From: Heterodontus francisci
Lineage: Eukaryota
Reading direction: 5' to 3'
Assembly (NCBI RefSeq): GCF_036365525.1
Contig: NC_090378.1
Coordinates: 124,605,593-124,669,592, forward strand
Length of the DNA: 64,000 nucleotides
Each line of letters begins with the position of its first letter. Within the stretch, counting starts at the first letter, position 1. Below, one piece after another: positions 60,260 to 64,000 of this stretch. Both the position numbers and the translations under genes were made by a program. The notes under the pieces were generated by a model that made no database searches, had not been told where the DNA came from, and saw only the letters and a program-made list of their open reading frames with translations.

Positions 60260-63200
60260 CCTCCTGCACTGACACATCCCAAAGTTATGTATAATATATA
60301 ATAATGGACACACAGTCCCACCTCCGGTACTGACACGTCCCACAGTTATATATAATATATAATAATGGACACACATTCCCACCTCCTGCACTGCAACATC
60401 CCACAGTTATATATAATATATAATAATGGACACACAGTCCCACCTCCTGTACTGACACATCCCACAGTTATATATAATATATAATAATGGACACACAGTC
60501 CCACCTCCTGCAATGACACATCCCACAGTTATATATAATATATAATAATGGACACACAGTCCCACATCCTGTACTGACACATCCCACAGTTATATATTAT
60601 ATATAATAATGGAAACAAAGTCCCACCTCCTGTACTAACACATCCCACAGTTATATATAATAAATAATAATGGACACACAGTCCCATCTCCTGCACTGAC
60701 ACATCCCACAGTTATATATAATATATAATAATGGACACACAGTCCCACCTCCTGTACTGACTCATCCCACAGTTATATATAATATATAATAATGGACACA
60801 CAATCCCACCTCCTGTAATGACACATCCCACAGTTATATACAATATATAATAATGGACACACAGTCCCACCTCCTGCAATGACACATCCCACAGTTATAT
60901 ATAATATATAATAATGGACACACAGTCCCACATCCTGTACTGACACATCCCACAGTTATATATTATATATAATAATGGAAACAAAGTCCCACCTCCTGTA
61001 CTGACACATCCCACAGTTATATATAATAAATAATAATGGACACACAGTCCCACCTCCTGCACTGACACATCCCACAGTTATATATAATATATAATAATGG
61101 ACACACAGTCCCACCTCCTGTACTGACACATCCCACAGTTATATATAATATATAATAATGGACACACAGTCCCACCTCCTGTACTGACACGTCCCACAGT
61201 GATATATAATATATAATAATGGACAGACCGTCCCACCTCCTGTACTGACACATCCCACAGTTATATATAATATATTATAATTGACAGACAGTCCCACCTC
61301 CTGAACTGACATACCCCACAGTAATATACAATATATAATAATGGACACACAGTCCCACCTCCTCTCATGACATATCCCACAGTTATATATAATATATAAT
61401 AATGGACACACCGTCCCACCTCCTTTACTGACACGTCCCACAGTTATATATAATATATATGAATGGACACACAGTCCCACCTTCTGTATGACACATCCCA
61501 CAGTTATATATAATATATAATAATGGTCACACAGTCCCACCTCCTGTCCTGACACTTCCCACAATTATATATAATATATAATAATGGACACACTGTCCCA
61601 CGTTCTGTATGACACTTCCCACAGTTATATACATTCTATAATAAAGGACACGCAGTCCCACCTCCTGTCCTGACACTTCCCTCAGTTATATATAATATAT
61701 AATAATGGACACACAGTCCCACCTTCTGTATGACACATCCCACAGTTATATATAATAAATAATAATAGACACACAGTCCCACCTCCTGTACTGACACATC
61801 CCACAGTTATATATAATATATAATAATGGACACACAGTCCCACATCCTGTACTGACACATCCCACAGTTATATATTATATATAATAATGGAAACAAAGTC
61901 CCACCTTCTGTATGACACATCCCACAGTTATATATAATAAATAATAATAGACACACAGTCCCACCTCCTGTACTGACACATCCCACAGTTATAAATGATA
62001 TATAATGATGGACACACAGTCGCACCTCCTGTACTGACACATCCCACAGTTATACATCATATGTAAAAATGGACACACAGTCCCCCCTAGTGTACTGACA
62101 CATCCCACAGTTATATATAATATATAATAATGGACTCAGAGTCCCACCTCCTGTACTGACACATCCCACAGATATACATAATATGTAAAAATGGACACAC
62201 AGTCCCACCTCCTGTACTGACACATCCCACAGTTATATATAATATATAATAATGGACACACAGTCCCACCTCCTGTACTGACACATCCCACAGTTATATA
62301 TAATATATAATAATGGACACACAGTCCCACCTCCTGCAATGACACATCCCACATTTATATATAATATATAATAATGGACGCACAGTCCCACATTCTGGAC
62401 TGACACATCCCACAGTTATATATTATATATAATAATGGACACACAGTCCCACCTCCTTTACTGACACGTCCCACAGTTATATATAATATATAATAATGGA
62501 CACACAGTCCCACCTCCTGTACTGACACGTACCACAGTTATATATAATATATAATAATGGACACACAGTCCCACCTCCAGTCAGGACACATTCCACAGTT
62601 ATGTATAATATATTATAATGGACAGACCGTCCCACCTCCTGCACTGACACATCCCAAAGTTATGTATAATATATAATAATGGACACACAGTCCCACCTCC
62701 GGTACTGACACGTCCCACAGTTATATATAATATATAATAATGGACACACATTCCCACCTCCTGCACTGCAACATCCCACAGTTATATATAATATATAATA
62801 ATGGACACACAGTCCCACCTCCTGTACTGACACATCCCACAGTTATATATAATATATAATAATGGACACACAGTCCCACCTCCTGCAATGACACATCCCA
62901 CAGTTATATATAATATATAATAATGGACACACAGTCCCACATCCTGTACTGACACATCCCACAGTTATATATTATATATAATAATGGAAACAAAGTCCCA
63001 CCTCCTGTACTAACACATCCCACAGTTATATATAATAAATAATAATGGACACACAGTCCCATCTCCTGCACTGACACATCCCACAGTTATATATAATATA
63101 TAATAATGGACACACAGTCCCACCTCCTGTACTGACTCATCCCACAGTTATATATAATATATAATAATGGACACACAATCCCACCTCCTGTAATGACACA

Positions 63201-64000
63201 TCCCACAGTTATATACAATATATAATAATGGACACACAGTCCCACCTCCTGCAATGACACATCCCACAGTTATATATAATATATAATAATGGACACACAG
63301 TCCCACATCCTGTACTGACACATCCCACAGTTATATATTATATATAATAATGGAAACAAAGTCCCACCTCCTGTACTGACACATCCCACAGTTATATATA
63401 ATAAATAATAATGGACACACAGTCCCACCTCCTGCACTGACACATCCCACAGTTATATATAATATATAATAATGGACACACAGTCCCACCTCCTGTACTG
63501 ACACATCCCACAGTTATATATAATATATAATAATGGACACACAGTCCCACCTCCTGTACTGACACGTCCCACAGTGATATATAATATATAATAATGGACA
63601 GACCGTCCCACCTCCTGTACTGACACATCCCACAGTTATATATAATATATTATAATTGACAGACAGTCCCACCTCCTGAACTGACATACCCCACAGTAAT
63701 ATACAATATATAATAATGGACACACAGTCCCACCTCCTCTCATGACATATCCCACAGTTATATATAATATATAATAATGGACACACCGTCCCACCTCCTT
63801 TACTGACACGTCCCACAGTTATATATAATATATATGAATGGACACACAGTCCCACCTTCTGTATGACACATCCCACAGTTATATATAATATATAATAATG
63901 GTCACACAGTCCCACCTCCTGTCCTGACACTTCCCACAATTATATATAATATATAATAATGGACACACTGTCCCACGTTCTGTATGACACTTCCCACAGT
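60260..64000 (+). repeat. 2375-bp tandem duplication (39 monomers); the second copy is cut by the window end
   Basis: GCACTGACACATCCCAAAGTTATGTATA at 60266 and 62641. ORFs 61017/63392 and 61139/63514 are identical. Confidence 0.9.

Larger units (their letters stand above)
1..64000 (+). repeat. 61-bp satellite DNA tandem array (about 1,030 monomers, head-to-tail, one orientation, runs off both window edges)
   Basis: The consensus GTTATATATAATATATAATAATGGACACACAGTCCCACCTCCTGTACTGACACATCCCACA repeats continuously with a 61-bp period, interrupted only by three 408-bp (395+13 TSD) insertions. (64000-1224)/61 is about 1,029. Occasional length variants of 54-64 bp occur. Confidence 0.99.

Noticed and set aside
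410-63939. Over 100 minus-strand Cys/Tyr/Ile-rich ORFs (MWDVSVQEVGLCVHYYILYITVGCVSTGGGTVCPLLYIIYNCGMCQYRRWDCVSIIIYYI)
   Set aside because: Satellite translation artefact. 61 is not a multiple of 3, so the frame cycles over 183 bp and meets a TAA about every 60 codons; longer ORFs occur only where a variant removes that stop. Frameshifting indels are tolerated throughout.
1-64000. CRISPR-like regular repeat with an internal hairpin (GGAC-ACACA-GTCC)
   Set aside because: There are no unique spacers (the AT-rich part is as repeated as the rest), no cas genes, and the context is eukaryotic (LINE insertion).

Overview
The whole 64-kb window is a eukaryotic head-to-tail satellite array of about 1,030 copies of a 61-bp monomer (consensus GTTATATATAATATATAATAATGGACACACAGTCCCACCTCCTGTACTGACACATCCCACA; 23/61 GC, no CpG, 17 C vs 6 G on the + strand). 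The only non-satellite DNA is three near-identical 395-bp 5'-truncated 3' ends of an RTE-clade non-LTR retrotransposon (7769-8163, 11227-11621, 14807-15201). Each has the same 13-bp target-site duplication and the same unusual flanking monomer, so they are one insertion later triplicated with the surrounding satellite; the copies are separated by exactly 50 and 52 monomer lengths. Diagnostic monomer variants show nested higher-order duplications (about 122, 244, 305, 611, 847, 1216, 1343, 2375, 2497, 6338-6582 and 7194/8537 bp) and variant-defined domains. No intact host gene, RNA gene or CRISPR array is supported, and the many minus-strand Cys/Tyr/Ile-rich ORFs are translations of the satellite. 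The leads most worth checking are the satellite+LINE composite repeat unit, a satellite-supplied in-frame ATG in front of the LINE zinc-finger C-terminus, and a cryptic 23-RSS-like arrangement plus a minisatellite-core motif in the monomer. None of these is shown to be functional.
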